From IMG/VR virus record IMGVR_UViG_3300036970_000245: a stretch of 64,000 nt of DNA. One strand, given 5' to 3'. The translations under genes were made by a program, and so were the position numbers. Numbering within the stretch: position 1 is the stretch's first letter; every line of letters begins with the position of its first letter. This stretch comes from a virus. Below, in pieces: positions 20,414 through 30,878 of this stretch. Below the pieces are notes generated by a model, which was given only the letters and a program-made list of their open reading frames with translations, was not told where the DNA came from and did no database searches.

Positions 20414-20848
20414 CTACCCAACACTATAAACCACCTTACGAATACCAACCCGCCCAATCTCTTCCAAACAATTCACACAAGGGCGACTCAACCCAAACTC
20501 TCCACCCTTCCGCACCCTTGCCACATACAAAGTAGCACCCCGCAAACAAGCACCCCTTGCACCCCGAATAGCCGCCACCTCAGCATGAACACTCGCCTCA
20601 CGCTTAGGATCACAAACATTATCCGGATGATTCCGCACCCTGTTCACACCAACACTAACAACACTACCACCCTGAACAATAACCGCACCATGCCTATGCT
20701 TATAACCAGACAACTCTGCCACCACCCCAGCACGAGCCAACCAACCCACCTGACGATTCGACAACTTACCACTCACCAAACGCACAACACTACCTCCACA
20801 ACCAACAAACCAACAAGCAACACCAAACCACAATACACCACCAACCAC
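20414..20848 (-). CDS. Cytidine/dCMP deaminase-family protein
   Basis: HGAVIV...VGVN, HAEVAAI, LYVAR, SRPCVNC; true start probably near 20776. Confidence 0.85.
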   Translation of the reverse strand: MVGGVLWFGVACWFVGCGGSVVRLVSGKLSNRQVGWLARAGVVAELSGYKHRHGAVIVQGGSVVSVGVNRVRNHPDNVCDPKREASVHAEVAAIRGARGACLRGATLYVARVRKGGEFGLSRPCVNCLEEIGRVGIRKVVYSVG

Positions 20849-21594
20849 TCTAGGTCAAACCAAACAACCCAAAACCCACTGACTAATAACCCTACTCCCA
20901 ACACTAACCACTACCACCATCTAACCACTAACACCAACCGCCAGCAAGACCGCCAACACAACAACCTACCAGACAATACCACTGAAGCAACAACCACACC
21001 CACACCCGGTACCCAACAGGGCGCCATCACCACCGGTACCACTCCAGACTCACTTACTACTACCAAACAACCAGCAACCCTCCCAGCAAACAATCACCAT
21101 GCCCCACACCGTGAACCGATAGGATCACAGAACGGAGCGGGTAGGAAACGCCCACCGCCGCTACCCCCCCCCACCCACACTTAACCAAGATCACTTACTC
21201 CCCACACTTACCAACTTAAGGAACCAACCAAACAACAAACACCAAAGCTACTAAGTAAGTACACTAAAGCTACTAAGCAACTACACCAACCAACAACAAA
21301 CAGGAACCAAACAAGAACCCTCCGACACCACCCCGTAAAGCCCCCACCCCAACCACTAACCGAGAACCCACCAGAAAAACCACTCAATAACACAACAAAA
21401 CACTCACCACACCCACAGTTCAAAAAAAAAAAAGAAACACCACCAAACAGCCACCCCCCAAGCCTCGCAGAGCTCCACCACTCCCCACTCTACTCTCCAA
21501 ACCCTCCCAATCAAGAGCCACTCCACCACCCAACCCTTCCCCAAGCTTCCTAAACCCATCACACTACACCACACCACCATTACCATTACGGACC

Positions 21595-21687
21595 AAGGGT
21601 TAGTAAACGGACCAAGGGTTACTAGAAAGTTCAAAGGCTAATAGAAGGGTTACTACAGTGAACCAAGGGTTACTAGAAGGGTTACTA
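21595..21687 (+). repeat. Five copies of AAGGGTTA(C/G)TA (iteron-like)
   Basis: Copies start at 21595, 21614, 21645, 21665 and 21677. Confidence 0.75.
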
Positions 21688-21916
21688 AAGGTTCCAAAAG
21701 CTTCCAACAAAGAGCCACACCTGACCCAACTAACACTACCCGAGTGACTACTGCACTTCCCCCCCAATGACAACACTTGTTGACAACAAGTCTTACTACT
21801 ACTCCTCAATGCTATACCACAAGGGCAAGACTAACGAGTTGTAGCAAGATTATCCCCTCTTGCATACAACTTACGGTTATTCCAACACTGTCTCAAGAGT
21901 TTGTCTCAACTGTGTA

Positions 21917-21952
21917 AGCAACCTATCATACTCTAGCAACCTATCATACTCT
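21917..21952. repeat. 18-bp tandem repeat
   Basis: AGCAACCTATCATACTCT x2. Confidence 0.85.
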
Positions 21953-22720
21953 TTCATGTCCCTACCCTTACTCTCTAGCGCTGCACCGCGACCTACACCA
22001 CCCTGACCCTGTACAACCCAGGAGTAGGGTGCCGGCACTAAGCCAGGATGGCGGATAGGGTTTAGAATAGTGTACCGGTGCAGAGTGACACTTGACGAAG
22101 GAGAGTGCCCCGCGGTACAGTCTACCCGGTTTACATAAGGTTATTCCATACGGTACCCTTGTAGAGTAGCCTGGGTAAGAGTAGAGTGAGGAAAGTGTAG
22201 GGTGCCGGTACAGTCTAGGGGTATTACCGTAACTGTGTGCAGTTTGTGATACCTCTTGCCGGTGCTGCCCTTCGGGTGGCCTCCCCTTGTTGGTTACTTA
22301 CTCTCTTACTTACTCTTTCTTTTACTTACTTTCTTTTGGGGTAGAGAGTTACTTGCTCTCGAGAGTAACTTTTGGCCCTTTAGTGTAGGGTAGGGGGTAG
22401 AGTGGGGACTCTAGAGAGTACGGTTGGACTCTTAGTGTCGCGTGGGGTGACTGGGGCAGACCCTGTAAAGAGGCCGAGTGAGACTTCAGGAAACTGTGTA
22501 CAGCTTACGCTAGTAAGGGTACAGTGACTGGAGTGAGCGTGGTGGCTCTTGGGGTCTGGCGCATTCTGTTTGGCGTGGGGTTATAAGGAGTTTTCTGTTT
22601 TTGTTGGGTAGTATTGCAGAGTTGCGTTCTTTTGGTTTTTAGAGTTTTGTGTTTCTGTGTGAGTTGATATTTAGTTTTTAGCGACTTTTGGTTCTTTTGT
22701 TTGTTAAGGGTGGAGTTCTT

Positions 22721-24508
22721 ATGGATTTCGGTAAGTTTAAGTTGAATCTGGATAAGGATGGGGTTGATGAAGTTGATGTAGAGACTGGTGAGTCTGATGT
22801 AGAGGTCGGTGAGGCTGGTTCCCCTGGTGGTGTTGGTGAGCCCTCTGGTGTTGTTGGTGGTGTTGGTTCGTCTAGTGTTGTTGAAGTTGTTAGTAGTGAT
22901 GGTGGGGAGTCTGTTGGTGGTGTTGATTTGGGTTCTGTTGATGGTGTGGATGGTGTTGTTAATCCGTTTTTGGTGGATGAGGGTGAAGATTTTGTTGTTG
23001 CGGTGAAGCCTATGTCTAGAGTGGGTTGGGTGGATCCTGTTGTTAGGCATGCTGAGGTTTTTGAGAAGTTGGAGCCTGGGGAGAAGGAGCGGCGTAGAGT
23101 TAAGCGTCGTTTGAAGAGTTCTGAGAGTGGTTCTTATCCTCGGGGTGGTGGTAGTCTTGAGAGTGGTTTTCGTGATGGTGGTGCTAAAGAGTATCTTGTT
23201 GATGGTGAGGGTGTTTTGGTTAAGCCGGGTCGGTCGAGGTCTGGTGATGGTGAGCGTTTTGAGAAGTTGGTGAGGGCTGCTGAGAGTGGTGTTGATGTGG
23301 TGGTTCCTGAGGGGTTTGATGGTGAGGTTTTGGGTGTTGATGAGAGTGTTGTTGTGGTGTATCCTTGGTCTCGGGTGGGTGAGGGTGTTCGGGGTCGGGT
23401 TAAGAAGGAGCGTGTGAATAAGCGTGAGTTAGAGTTTTATAAGAATTTGGGTGTGAGTAAGGGTGGTCGTTTGGATGGTGATTTGGCTGAGCGGGTTCGT
23501 GGTCGTGTTGGTGGTGGTGTTGGGAGTCAGGCTGCTCGGCGTGCCTCTAAAGCGTTGGTGAGGTCTGGTGTTGGTGGTTCTGGTGGTGTTGTTCGTGGGG
23601 GTAGTGTTGGTGTTACTTTGAAGGATTTTGAGGTTTTGTGTTTTTTGGCTAAGTTTAAGTATGCGAGTGCGGTGCAGGTGAGTAATTTGCATGGTGTTCG
23701 TGAGAGTACTGGTGTTCGTCGTTTGCAGGGGTTGCAGGGTAAGGGTCTTGTTGAGAGTGCTCGGTTGTGGGGGAGCTCTAATGTTTGGTTTTTGACTAGT
23801 GCTGGTATGTTGTTGAGTGGTTTTGATTTGCCTTTGCTTGATAAGAAGAATATTAGTTTTGCTTTGATTGGGCATCAGTTTGTGGTGAATAATGTTGCGA
23901 GTAATCTTATTGGTGGGGGAGTGAATGTTTTGCAGTTTGATGAGTTCCCGTTGAAGAATAGGGTGAATGCTAATGGTGTTGAGGTGTTTGGTGAGGAGGT
24001 TGTGAGTGAGGTTGAGATTCAGTCTAGTTTTCTTCGTATGAAGCAGATGCAGAAGAGTGAGGTTTATAGACCGATTATTACGAGTAGTATTGATAATGCT
24101 TTTATTGATTGGGAGCGTGGTGGTCGTGTTGGGGGGAGTCCGGAGAGTGTTCATGGTAATGAGTATATGTGGATGTTGTTTCCTCCTTTTAGCTTGAATA
24201 CGGTGTATCATTCGCCGGATATTGTTTTGAAGCGACCTCGTGGTCCTAATGGAGAGTCTCGTAATATTGCTATTGAGGTTGAGCTTAATCCTAAGGCGTC
24301 TGATAGGTATGAGCGTATTTTGAGGAGTTATAGAGCTGATACTCGTATTTATGAGAAAGTGTATTGGGTGTGTAAGAGTGCTGCTCCGGCTAAAGCATTA
24401 GAGCGTATTGCGAAAGAGATTAATTTGTGGCAAGAGGGCCGTATTGAGATTTTGCCTATTATTACTCGTGATGGTGTGTTTAGGGGGAGAGAATTGTGGA
24501 AGATTTAG
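22721..24508 (+). CDS. Replication-relaxation (Replic_Relax) family protein / putative relaxase
   Basis: wHTH-like LCFLAKFKYA...RRLQGLQGKGLV...WFLTSAG, then PDIVL...IAIEVELNPK..RY...YWV; long V/G/D/E-rich N-terminus; GGAG RBS before ATG 22721. Confidence 0.72.
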   Translation: MDFGKFKLNLDKDGVDEVDVETGESDVEVGEAGSPGGVGEPSGVVGGVGSSSVVEVVSSDGGESVGGVDLGSVDGVDGVVNPFLVDEGEDFVVAVKPMSRVGWVDPVVRHAEVFEKLEPGEKERRRVKRRLKSSESGSYPRGGGSLESGFRDGGAKEYLVDGEGVLVKPGRSRSGDGERFEKLVRAAESGVDVVVPEGFDGEVLGVDESVVVVYPWSRVGEGVRGRVKKERVNKRELEFYKNLGVSKGGRLDGDLAERVRGRVGGGVGSQAARRASKALVRSGVGGSGGVVRGGSVGVTLKDFEVLCFLAKFKYASAVQVSNLHGVRESTGVRRLQGLQGKGLVESARLWGSSNVWFLTSAGMLLSGFDLPLLDKKNISFALIGHQFVVNNVASNLIGGGVNVLQFDEFPLKNRVNANGVEVFGEEVVSEVEIQSSFLRMKQMQKSEVYRPIITSSIDNAFIDWERGGRVGGSPESVHGNEYMWMLFPPFSLNTVYHSPDIVLKRPRGPNGESRNIAIEVELNPKASDRYERILRSYRADTRIYEKVYWVCKSAAPAKALERIAKEINLWQEGRIEILPIITRDGVFRGRELWKI

Positions 24509-25986
24509 ACAGTAAGCTTGATGATACTTTTGATGATTTCTTTTCGGATGATACTCTGAAGACTTCAGTGAGTGATGAGTTGAGTGAGGGTGGTTCTTTG
24601 CCTATGTTGTCTTTGGATAGGTTGAGTAGTGGTGAGGTGAAGCCGGTCATTCTTATTGATTCGGTGGATGATGGGGATAGGTTTTTCGAGCATGTTCCTG
24701 GTAAGAGTGATGAGCCTGCTTCTCGTATTGTTGATGATAGTGGGGACTTTTCTACTGATTATTCTACTGATTTGCCTGTTGAGGATGATGAAGATCTTTT
24801 GTTCACGAGTGTGGATGATTTATTAAATGATGTTGCTTCAAGTCCTGTTGAGGCTGATCGTGAGTATTATTCTTATTTCGAGGAGGAAGAGGAGGAAGAC
24901 CCTTTACAGGGTTTTGAGCTTGATGAGGTTTTGAGTGATGCTATTGATTTGGGTGCTAGTGATGTTCATATTCAGCCTAATGAGCATGTTCGTTTTACTA
25001 TTTTGGGGTCGATTTCTTTGAGGAGAGAGTACCCTATTCCTGATGGTACTTTAACTCAGCGTATTCAGCAGAAGATTCTTAGTAATGTTTTGGAGAGTAA
25101 TTTCATTGAGAATCTTGAGTTGGACACTTCTTATGTTATGAAGACTGGTAGGCATGCTGGGCGTCGTTTGCGTTTGAGTGTTGGTAAGTCTTTTGGTGAA
25201 ATCTTTATGGTGATGCGTGTTATTAATGATACGGTGCCTTCCCCTAGTGAGTTGGGTATTACTGGTGAGTTGTTGGCTTGGACTGATTTGCCTAACGGGT
25301 TGATTATGCTTAATGGCCCTACTGGTACTGGTAAGAGCGTTACTTTAGCTAGTCTTTTGAAGCGTATTCAGTTGACTAGGAATCAGAAGATTATTACTTT
25401 AGAGAGGCCTATTGAGTTTATTTTCGGTAGTGAGCCGGCTTCGCTTGTTACTCAGCGTGAAATTGGTCGTGATGCTAGGAGCTTTAAAAGAGCTTTGGAT
25501 AGTGCAATGAGGCAGGCGCCTGACATTATTATGGTGGGTGAGGTTCGTAACCGTGAGGAAGTGAACGAGCTGTTGCGTGCTGCTGAGACTGGGCATTTGA
25601 CTATTAGTACTATGCATACGAACTCGGCGGCGGCTACTATTAACAGGATTAAGTCTTTGTATGATGGTGCTGACCAGTTGCGTATTCTTGCTAGTTTGAG
25701 TGATGTTGCTCGCGGTTTTGCTAATCAGGTGCTTGTTAAAGCTCCGGATGGGAAGTCTCGTTCAGCGGTTCGTGAAGTTCTGACTGTTGATAAAGAGATT
25801 GCAAGGTTGATTGCTGTTGGTGATGTAGAGGGGATTCGTGAAGCTCAGATGAGCCGTGAAGCTACGTTAGAGCATGCTCTTGTTCGTGCTGTTCACGAGG
25901 GTCGCTGTACGCCTGATACTGCTAGGTCTCAATCTTCTTACCCTAGGCTTCTTGAAGAATTGTTTTTGAGGGCTAATATTAGTTAA
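24496..25986 (+). CDS. PilT/PilU-like type IV pilus ATPase
   Basis: GASDVHI, GPTGTGKS, TLERPIE, RQAPDIIMVGEVR, AAETGHLTISTMHTNSA; acidic N-terminal extension; overlaps the upstream gene. Confidence 0.88.
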   Translation: MEDLDSKLDDTFDDFFSDDTLKTSVSDELSEGGSLPMLSLDRLSSGEVKPVILIDSVDDGDRFFEHVPGKSDEPASRIVDDSGDFSTDYSTDLPVEDDEDLLFTSVDDLLNDVASSPVEADREYYSYFEEEEEEDPLQGFELDEVLSDAIDLGASDVHIQPNEHVRFTILGSISLRREYPIPDGTLTQRIQQKILSNVLESNFIENLELDTSYVMKTGRHAGRRLRLSVGKSFGEIFMVMRVINDTVPSPSELGITGELLAWTDLPNGLIMLNGPTGTGKSVTLASLLKRIQLTRNQKIITLERPIEFIFGSEPASLVTQREIGRDARSFKRALDSAMRQAPDIIMVGEVRNREEVNELLRAAETGHLTISTMHTNSAAATINRIKSLYDGADQLRILASLSDVARGFANQVLVKAPDGKSRSAVREVLTVDKEIARLIAVGDVEGIREAQMSREATLEHALVRAVHEGRCTPDTARSQSSYPRLLEELFLRANIS

Positions 25987-26016
25987 TTTGAAGTTGTAGT
26001 AGTGGAAGCTTACTTG

Positions 26017-26059
26017 AAAGCCACCTGGAATGTCCTTTGTAGGTGTTCCAGGTGGCTTT
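26017..26059. terminator. Bidirectional intrinsic terminator
   Basis: AAAGCCACCTGGAA...TTCCAGGTGGCTTT between convergent genes. Confidence 0.75.
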
Positions 26060-26085
26060 GTTGTTTTAAGAGTGAGAGTTTTGTT

Positions 26086-28164
26086 TTAATCAGTGTATGT
26101 TTGGGTGAACTCTTCAGGTGACAGGAATGAGAGACCGAGCTTTAGGGCTTTGACTGTCTTGCTTGAAGTGGACGTAGGGTCACCGATTACGAAGCTTGTT
26201 GTTGCTTTTGGTCCTGAGTGGAATTCGCCACCGTTTGTCTCGATGTATTCGATGAGTTCATTTCGGTTGGCGAATGGAGCGGGAACGTTGCCGCTGATTG
26301 CAAACGAGATTCCGCTTAGTTTAGCAATTGTAGTGTTGGTTGTTGGGTTTGTACCTTCACCGAATTGGACGCCGAGAGACCGCAGTCTACCTATGAGTCC
26401 TCGACGGAGAGCAAAGCCTCGTACATTTTTTTCAGCCTTTACATCTCCAAAGCCTTCAAGGTTGCGGAGATCGTCGGCTGTGAGCTCAAGGATTCGATCT
26501 ATGGTCTTGAATTGGCGTGTGAGAATTTTAGCTGTGTTCTGCCCAAGTCCTGTGATGTTGAGTGATACAAGAATTCTGGGGAGCGGTAGAGTCTTTGATT
26601 TTTCGATATGATCGAGGATGTTTTGTGCTCGTTTTTCTCCTAGTCGTCTTGGGTTACCTTGGTTAGAGACACCGAGTTGACTGTCAGCTAGTTCTTTAAG
26701 CGTAAGAGTGTAGAAGTCTGCGATGCTGTTTACTCTACCTGTTTCATTAAGAGTCGTTAGGGTGACTTCAGACATTCCGTCAATGTCTAGGAATGATCGC
26801 ATTACTGCGGTTTTGAGAGCGAAGAAGTCACGGGATGGGCATTCATCGTTGGGGCAGCGTAGAGTTTTCGGTGGCCACGACTCTTGTTTGTCATAGGTTA
26901 GAGGTGTTTCGCAGTTCGGGCATTCTTTGGGAGCCTGTACTTTTATTGTGTCTTCACTGTTGTGTAGTACGAGCTTGATTTCGGGTATCACGTCGTTTGC
27001 TCGGTGTACTCGTACCTTGGAGCCGATGCGTACATCTTTTTCTGCTACCCAGTTGAAGTTGTTCATTGTTAGGTTTGTGATTTGTACCCCACTTACATCT
27101 ACTGGTTTGACTTCAGCTCGTGGTGTGAGTTTGCCTGTTTTGCCCACAGTGGTTGTAATGTCTACGATTACTGTGTCAGCGTATGCACCTGGGTACTTGT
27201 AAGCGATTTGAGAGACGGGGTGGTGCGAGGTGACGCCCATTTTCTGAAGCATTTCAGCATCGTTTTCAGGTTTCACTACTACGCCGTCTGTGGGGATTGT
27301 GAAGTTCTTTCTTGCTTCACCGAATTTTGTAACGGCGTCGAATACTTCCTTGTCGGTTTTAAGTCCGGTGATGACGGTATCGCTTGCAGCACTTTTAGTG
27401 AGTTCGGTTACGGTGATGAACCCGTGGTCTTGGATTTCAGTGAGATCAGTTGGTTTGCCGTCGATGAGTGCGCTGTAGACAGAGAAGGTAAATTCAACTG
27501 GGTAGTTTACGCCTTGCTTTGCTTTCTTCATGAGGCCGACTACAGAGTTGCGTGAGTTTTTGAAGCGTTCGCCTGTGAGAGTATAGCGGGTGTTGTCTAC
27601 GTTTCGGAATTGCTCGTCGGTGAAGAAGAGTTCGCCTCGGACTTCTACCTCTTTGTTTAGGTTGATGGTAAGGGGGAGTCCTTTTGTTGTGACTGAGGGG
27701 TCTTTGATGATGTAAGAGACGTCTTCACCTTCGGTGCCGGTGCCTCGTGTTGCTAGTTGTGTGATTTTCCCGTTTTTGTAAGTGACGGAGAGTGCGAAGC
27801 CGTCGAGCTTTGCTTGGAGCATGAAGCTTTTAGCTCCTGCTGCTTTAGTTTTCTTGAGGTAGGAGAGTAGTTCGGTTTCAGTTTTTGCTTTACCGAGCGA
27901 GAGCATGGGTGACTTGTGGGTCACTACATTGTCAGTGGTTGGTTTGGTGCCTAGACTTACGTCGTTTTCGAGTAGTTTCCATCCTGGAGAGCCTTCTTCG
28001 AAGAGATGTGATAGGTTAGTATCATCGGACATTTCTTCGAGGAGTGAAAGCTTAGCGTCAAATTCTTCGTCGGTGAGCTTTGAAGTTCCGTCGCCTTGGT
28101 AGTAAGCCTCGGATGCTTCGAGGAGCTCATTGATGAGAGTTTGTGCTTCGCTTTGTTTATTCAT
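26086..28164 (-). CDS. ligA: NAD-dependent DNA ligase
   Basis: PMLSL, KLDG, TRG.G..GEDV, EVRGE, DGVVVK, IAYK, CPNC...C....C zinc finger, HhH repeats, BRCT. Confidence 0.97.
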   Translation of the reverse strand: MNKQSEAQTLINELLEASEAYYQGDGTSKLTDEEFDAKLSLLEEMSDDTNLSHLFEEGSPGWKLLENDVSLGTKPTTDNVVTHKSPMLSLGKAKTETELLSYLKKTKAAGAKSFMLQAKLDGFALSVTYKNGKITQLATRGTGTEGEDVSYIIKDPSVTTKGLPLTINLNKEVEVRGELFFTDEQFRNVDNTRYTLTGERFKNSRNSVVGLMKKAKQGVNYPVEFTFSVYSALIDGKPTDLTEIQDHGFITVTELTKSAASDTVITGLKTDKEVFDAVTKFGEARKNFTIPTDGVVVKPENDAEMLQKMGVTSHHPVSQIAYKYPGAYADTVIVDITTTVGKTGKLTPRAEVKPVDVSGVQITNLTMNNFNWVAEKDVRIGSKVRVHRANDVIPEIKLVLHNSEDTIKVQAPKECPNCETPLTYDKQESWPPKTLRCPNDECPSRDFFALKTAVMRSFLDIDGMSEVTLTTLNETGRVNSIADFYTLTLKELADSQLGVSNQGNPRRLGEKRAQNILDHIEKSKTLPLPRILVSLNITGLGQNTAKILTRQFKTIDRILELTADDLRNLEGFGDVKAEKNVRGFALRRGLIGRLRSLGVQFGEGTNPTTNTTIAKLSGISFAISGNVPAPFANRNELIEYIETNGGEFHSGPKATTSFVIGDPTSTSSKTVKALKLGLSFLSPEEFTQTYTD

Positions 28165-28170
28165 GGGTGT

Positions 28171-28199
28171 ATTTTACCATATAGACGCACTTTTGTCAA
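28171..28199 (-). promoter_or_regulatory. ligA promoter (leaderless)
   Basis: TTGACA-N17-TAAAAT, 6 nt before the ATG. Confidence 0.8.
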
Positions 28200-28263
28200 C
28201 CTCTAACTTTTAGTAGACTGTTAGGGTGCAAACTGTACTGTGGTGAGAACAGCATCTATTAGT

Positions 28264-28302
28264 GTCAGCTTAGCGTCAATTGGAACCGTGCATATAGCTG
28301 AC
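28264..28302. repeat. Palindromic site GTCAGCT-N25-AGCTGAC
   Basis: Exact arms (extend to TGTCAGCT/AGCTGACA), 25-nt spacer, intergenic. Confidence 0.6.
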
Positions 28303-28412
28303 AATTTTTCATTATTTGCTGAGGTTTTATAGTAATAATCTGTTACTGTTGGTGAACCGTTAGTTTTGTGGTCTCTAGTGTAGTCAGCGTTTGAGTGCTT
28401 CTAGGTGTCTTT

Positions 28413-29777
28413 TTAGATTACGACTCGGTCGCTTAGTGGGTATTTCTTCCCTACGATTCCTCGTGCAAGCCGCCTGATCGCTGTGCGGATGTCCTCGTGC
28501 TTTAGGATGTATTCCATACTTTGAATGTTTGCGCTGTGAGCGATCAGTTTTGGGTTACTGGGGATTACAGTGATGATTGGGATTCCTAGAGCGGATTTCG
28601 AGATTTTATCGCCGCCCATTCCTACGTCTGCAAGAGACTTGTTTACGACAATTCCGATCTTCCTGGGGCTAATTCCCATTCCGTTTTGGTCTCGTTCCCT
28701 TGTCACTTCCTGGATCCATCGAGTCATTGAGAATACAGAGTTTACAACGATGTCGGTAACAAAGATGATTTGATCAGCGGCTGGGTATGCTACCTTTTCG
28801 AGAAGAGGGTCCATGTAGTTAACTGAAGTGTCAAGGATGACATAATCGTACATTTTTCGAAGAGTGTTGATAAGCTCTACATAGAATTCTGGTGGAGTGT
28901 CATCACTGCTTCTTGGTCGTTTAGGTGCAAGTAGAAGGTCGCACTTAAGTCTTGAGCTGTGGATTACAGTATTTTCGATTGTTTCTGGGGATATGCCGTT
29001 GAGCCGGAGTTGAATTACAGTTGGGTTTGCATTTCCGGTAAGGAAGCCGAGCTGACCGTCTCGAACGTCTAGGTCAAGGATGAGTACTTTGAGTGGCTTT
29101 TCGGCGGTGCCATCTTTTACTGAGCTTTCAGAAGAGTGAGCTAGATACGTTGCAAGTGTTACAGCTACAGTAGACTTACCGGAGCCGCCCTTGCTTGAGG
29201 TGACTGCTACAACTTGACCTAAGTATGGGCTTGGTTCGTCGTCTTTTGCGAATCTGGCTTCAATTTCAGCCTCTTGCTCTTCGATCATTTTCTGTCGATC
29301 TTCACTGGAGGTTCGACCGGTGAGGATTGATACTACGTCCTCGGAAGAGTTTGGGTTTGTGACGTAGTTGTTTATTGCTGCGTCAATCGTTGGGTTTGGC
29401 TTTGCGGGGTCGATGAAGTAATAGAGTAGGTTTGTATCGTTACCTGTGGCGTACGCTTCGAACTCGATGCGCTCTTTCATTTGCTCTTTGAATGTAGGGC
29501 TGTAGTTCACGATCCCGAGCATGCAGTAGGGACCCATTGCTGCAACAAGCTTCTCGAAAGCCTTGTCAGTACCTTCTGGGTCGAAGAACTGATCGAGAAT
29601 TAGCATTACTTGGATGTTGTTGTTGATTGTCCCGTTTGACAGCCCTTCCCATAGTTTGGAGATGTCAGGAACGCTTGGGAGGAAGGTCCATGCGGGGCGC
29701 AGCTTCTGTAGTACTTCGCCTACCTGCTCCAAACCGATGTAGATAGCTTGTGGCTTGCTTTGTGGCATATCAAACAC
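28413..29777 (-). CDS. CpaE/TadZ-like ParA/MinD-family ATPase
   Basis: Deviant Walker A KGGSGKST, ILDLD, YDYVILDT; next to cpaB-like gene. Confidence 0.8.
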   Translation of the reverse strand: MFDMPQSKPQAIYIGLEQVGEVLQKLRPAWTFLPSVPDISKLWEGLSNGTINNNIQVMLILDQFFDPEGTDKAFEKLVAAMGPYCMLGIVNYSPTFKEQMKERIEFEAYATGNDTNLLYYFIDPAKPNPTIDAAINNYVTNPNSSEDVVSILTGRTSSEDRQKMIEEQEAEIEARFAKDDEPSPYLGQVVAVTSSKGGSGKSTVAVTLATYLAHSSESSVKDGTAEKPLKVLILDLDVRDGQLGFLTGNANPTVIQLRLNGISPETIENTVIHSSRLKCDLLLAPKRPRSSDDTPPEFYVELINTLRKMYDYVILDTSVNYMDPLLEKVAYPAADQIIFVTDIVVNSVFSMTRWIQEVTRERDQNGMGISPRKIGIVVNKSLADVGMGGDKISKSALGIPIITVIPSNPKLIAHSANIQSMEYILKHEDIRTAIRRLARGIVGKKYPLSDRVVI

Positions 29778-29815
29778 CTATCTTTCTGTATCTACAAATC
29801 TTATCAAGAACTAGC

Positions 29816-30799
29816 TTAGTCACCGCTTGGTTCTTTCTTTTCGGTGGTACTTGTATTAGTCTTTTCTGTAGTTGTTGTGTTGCCATTTTCGGTTGTTTCG
29901 GTTGTTTCCTCTGGTTCGGTTGGAGTGCTTGGCTTTTCTACGCCCTTGCAATCCTCGGCATTGATCTTTGCGTTTCCTGCAGAACAAGTGTCAACTTGAC
30001 TGATGGGTCGCCCGAACTTATCACGCTCTGGTGGAGTAAAGGTGTAGTCGGTACCTTCTCCCATGTTCTTGGTCTTGCCGCCTTCAAATGTAAAGGTCCC
30101 GGCATACGAGGCAAGAGCAGGTGGTGCGTATTCATTTTGACGTGGTGATAGGAGGAGTTTTACGTCACCGCCTGAAGTTTTCATGATGTGGTGTAGGGTA
30201 GCAGCGTCGCCTGGGGGCATGCCTACAACGTACTGGCTTGTTTGCCCTGACTTTGCCTCTTCCCCGTCGGCAGCCTCTGCAGAACTTGCGTTGTCAAGTG
30301 AGATGCTGGTGTCTAAAGTGAGGATGTTTACGAATGGGTAGTAAGAACCGTCAGGTGTTGCAACGAGCATATCAAAGTAATAGCCTCTCTTGATACGACC
30401 ACCGACAGCATTGTCAGCATTTACTCCGAAGCTTGTGATTACCCAACTGTCAGGGACGCCTACTCCAATGTCTTCGAATCCACCAACGTTTGAGTCGGTC
30501 AGGATGTCCCCTTGTGAGAGTGGGTATTTGGAATAGAGGTAGCCTGCTTGTACTTCACTTAGACTGAGTGCAGCTTTTGGTGACGAGTCGATTGAGGTAG
30601 TGATCGGTGAAAGCATATCTGGAGTTATCTGTGTTCTTGTTGGAACGTCAACGTTTAGAACGTAGTATGTTTCTGTTTGGTATACGGATCTTAGGAGAGT
30701 AAGAGACCCCATAAAGACAACTATTACAAGAACGAAAATGAGCCCAAATACAATTTTGTTGTTGCGGAGCGCTGAGCCAGCACCTTTGGTTCGTGCCAT
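29816..30799 (-). CDS. CpaB/RcpC-like Flp pilus assembly protein (SAF domain)
   Basis: N-terminal TM, VPTRTQITPDML, AVGGRIKRG..FD; Tad context. Confidence 0.7.
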   Translation of the reverse strand: MARTKGAGSALRNNKIVFGLIFVLVIVVFMGSLTLLRSVYQTETYYVLNVDVPTRTQITPDMLSPITTSIDSSPKAALSLSEVQAGYLYSKYPLSQGDILTDSNVGGFEDIGVGVPDSWVITSFGVNADNAVGGRIKRGYYFDMLVATPDGSYYPFVNILTLDTSISLDNASSAEAADGEEAKSGQTSQYVVGMPPGDAATLHHIMKTSGGDVKLLLSPRQNEYAPPALASYAGTFTFEGGKTKNMGEGTDYTFTPPERDKFGRPISQVDTCSAGNAKINAEDCKGVEKPSTPTEPEETTETTENGNTTTTEKTNTSTTEKKEPSGD

Positions 30800-30878
30800 T
30801 TTTTTTATCCTTCTGAACACTAGAAAACGTTACGGAAGTGCGTAGCTTCCGTTGGTATTAGAATATCGTTGATTTACT

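Larger units (their letters stand above)
21200..22680. other. Non-coding region with strand-skew inversion; candidate replication/transfer origin
   Basis: + strand very C/A-rich to about 21.8 kb and G/T-rich from about 22.3 kb; divergent flanking genes; short repeats; next to a relaxase-like gene. Confidence 0.55.

Noticed and set aside
20321..21184. 287-aa T/N/P/H-rich + strand ORF and nearby small ORFs to 21809
   Set aside because: Artefact of C/A skew suppressing stop codons; antisense to the deaminase.
21595..21687. CRISPR array
   Set aside because: Repeats are 11 bp with irregular 1-20 nt gaps; no cas operon.
22505..24211. Minus-strand ORFs 22505..23050 and 23429..24211
   Set aside because: Antisense shadows of the G/T-rich relaxase-like gene.
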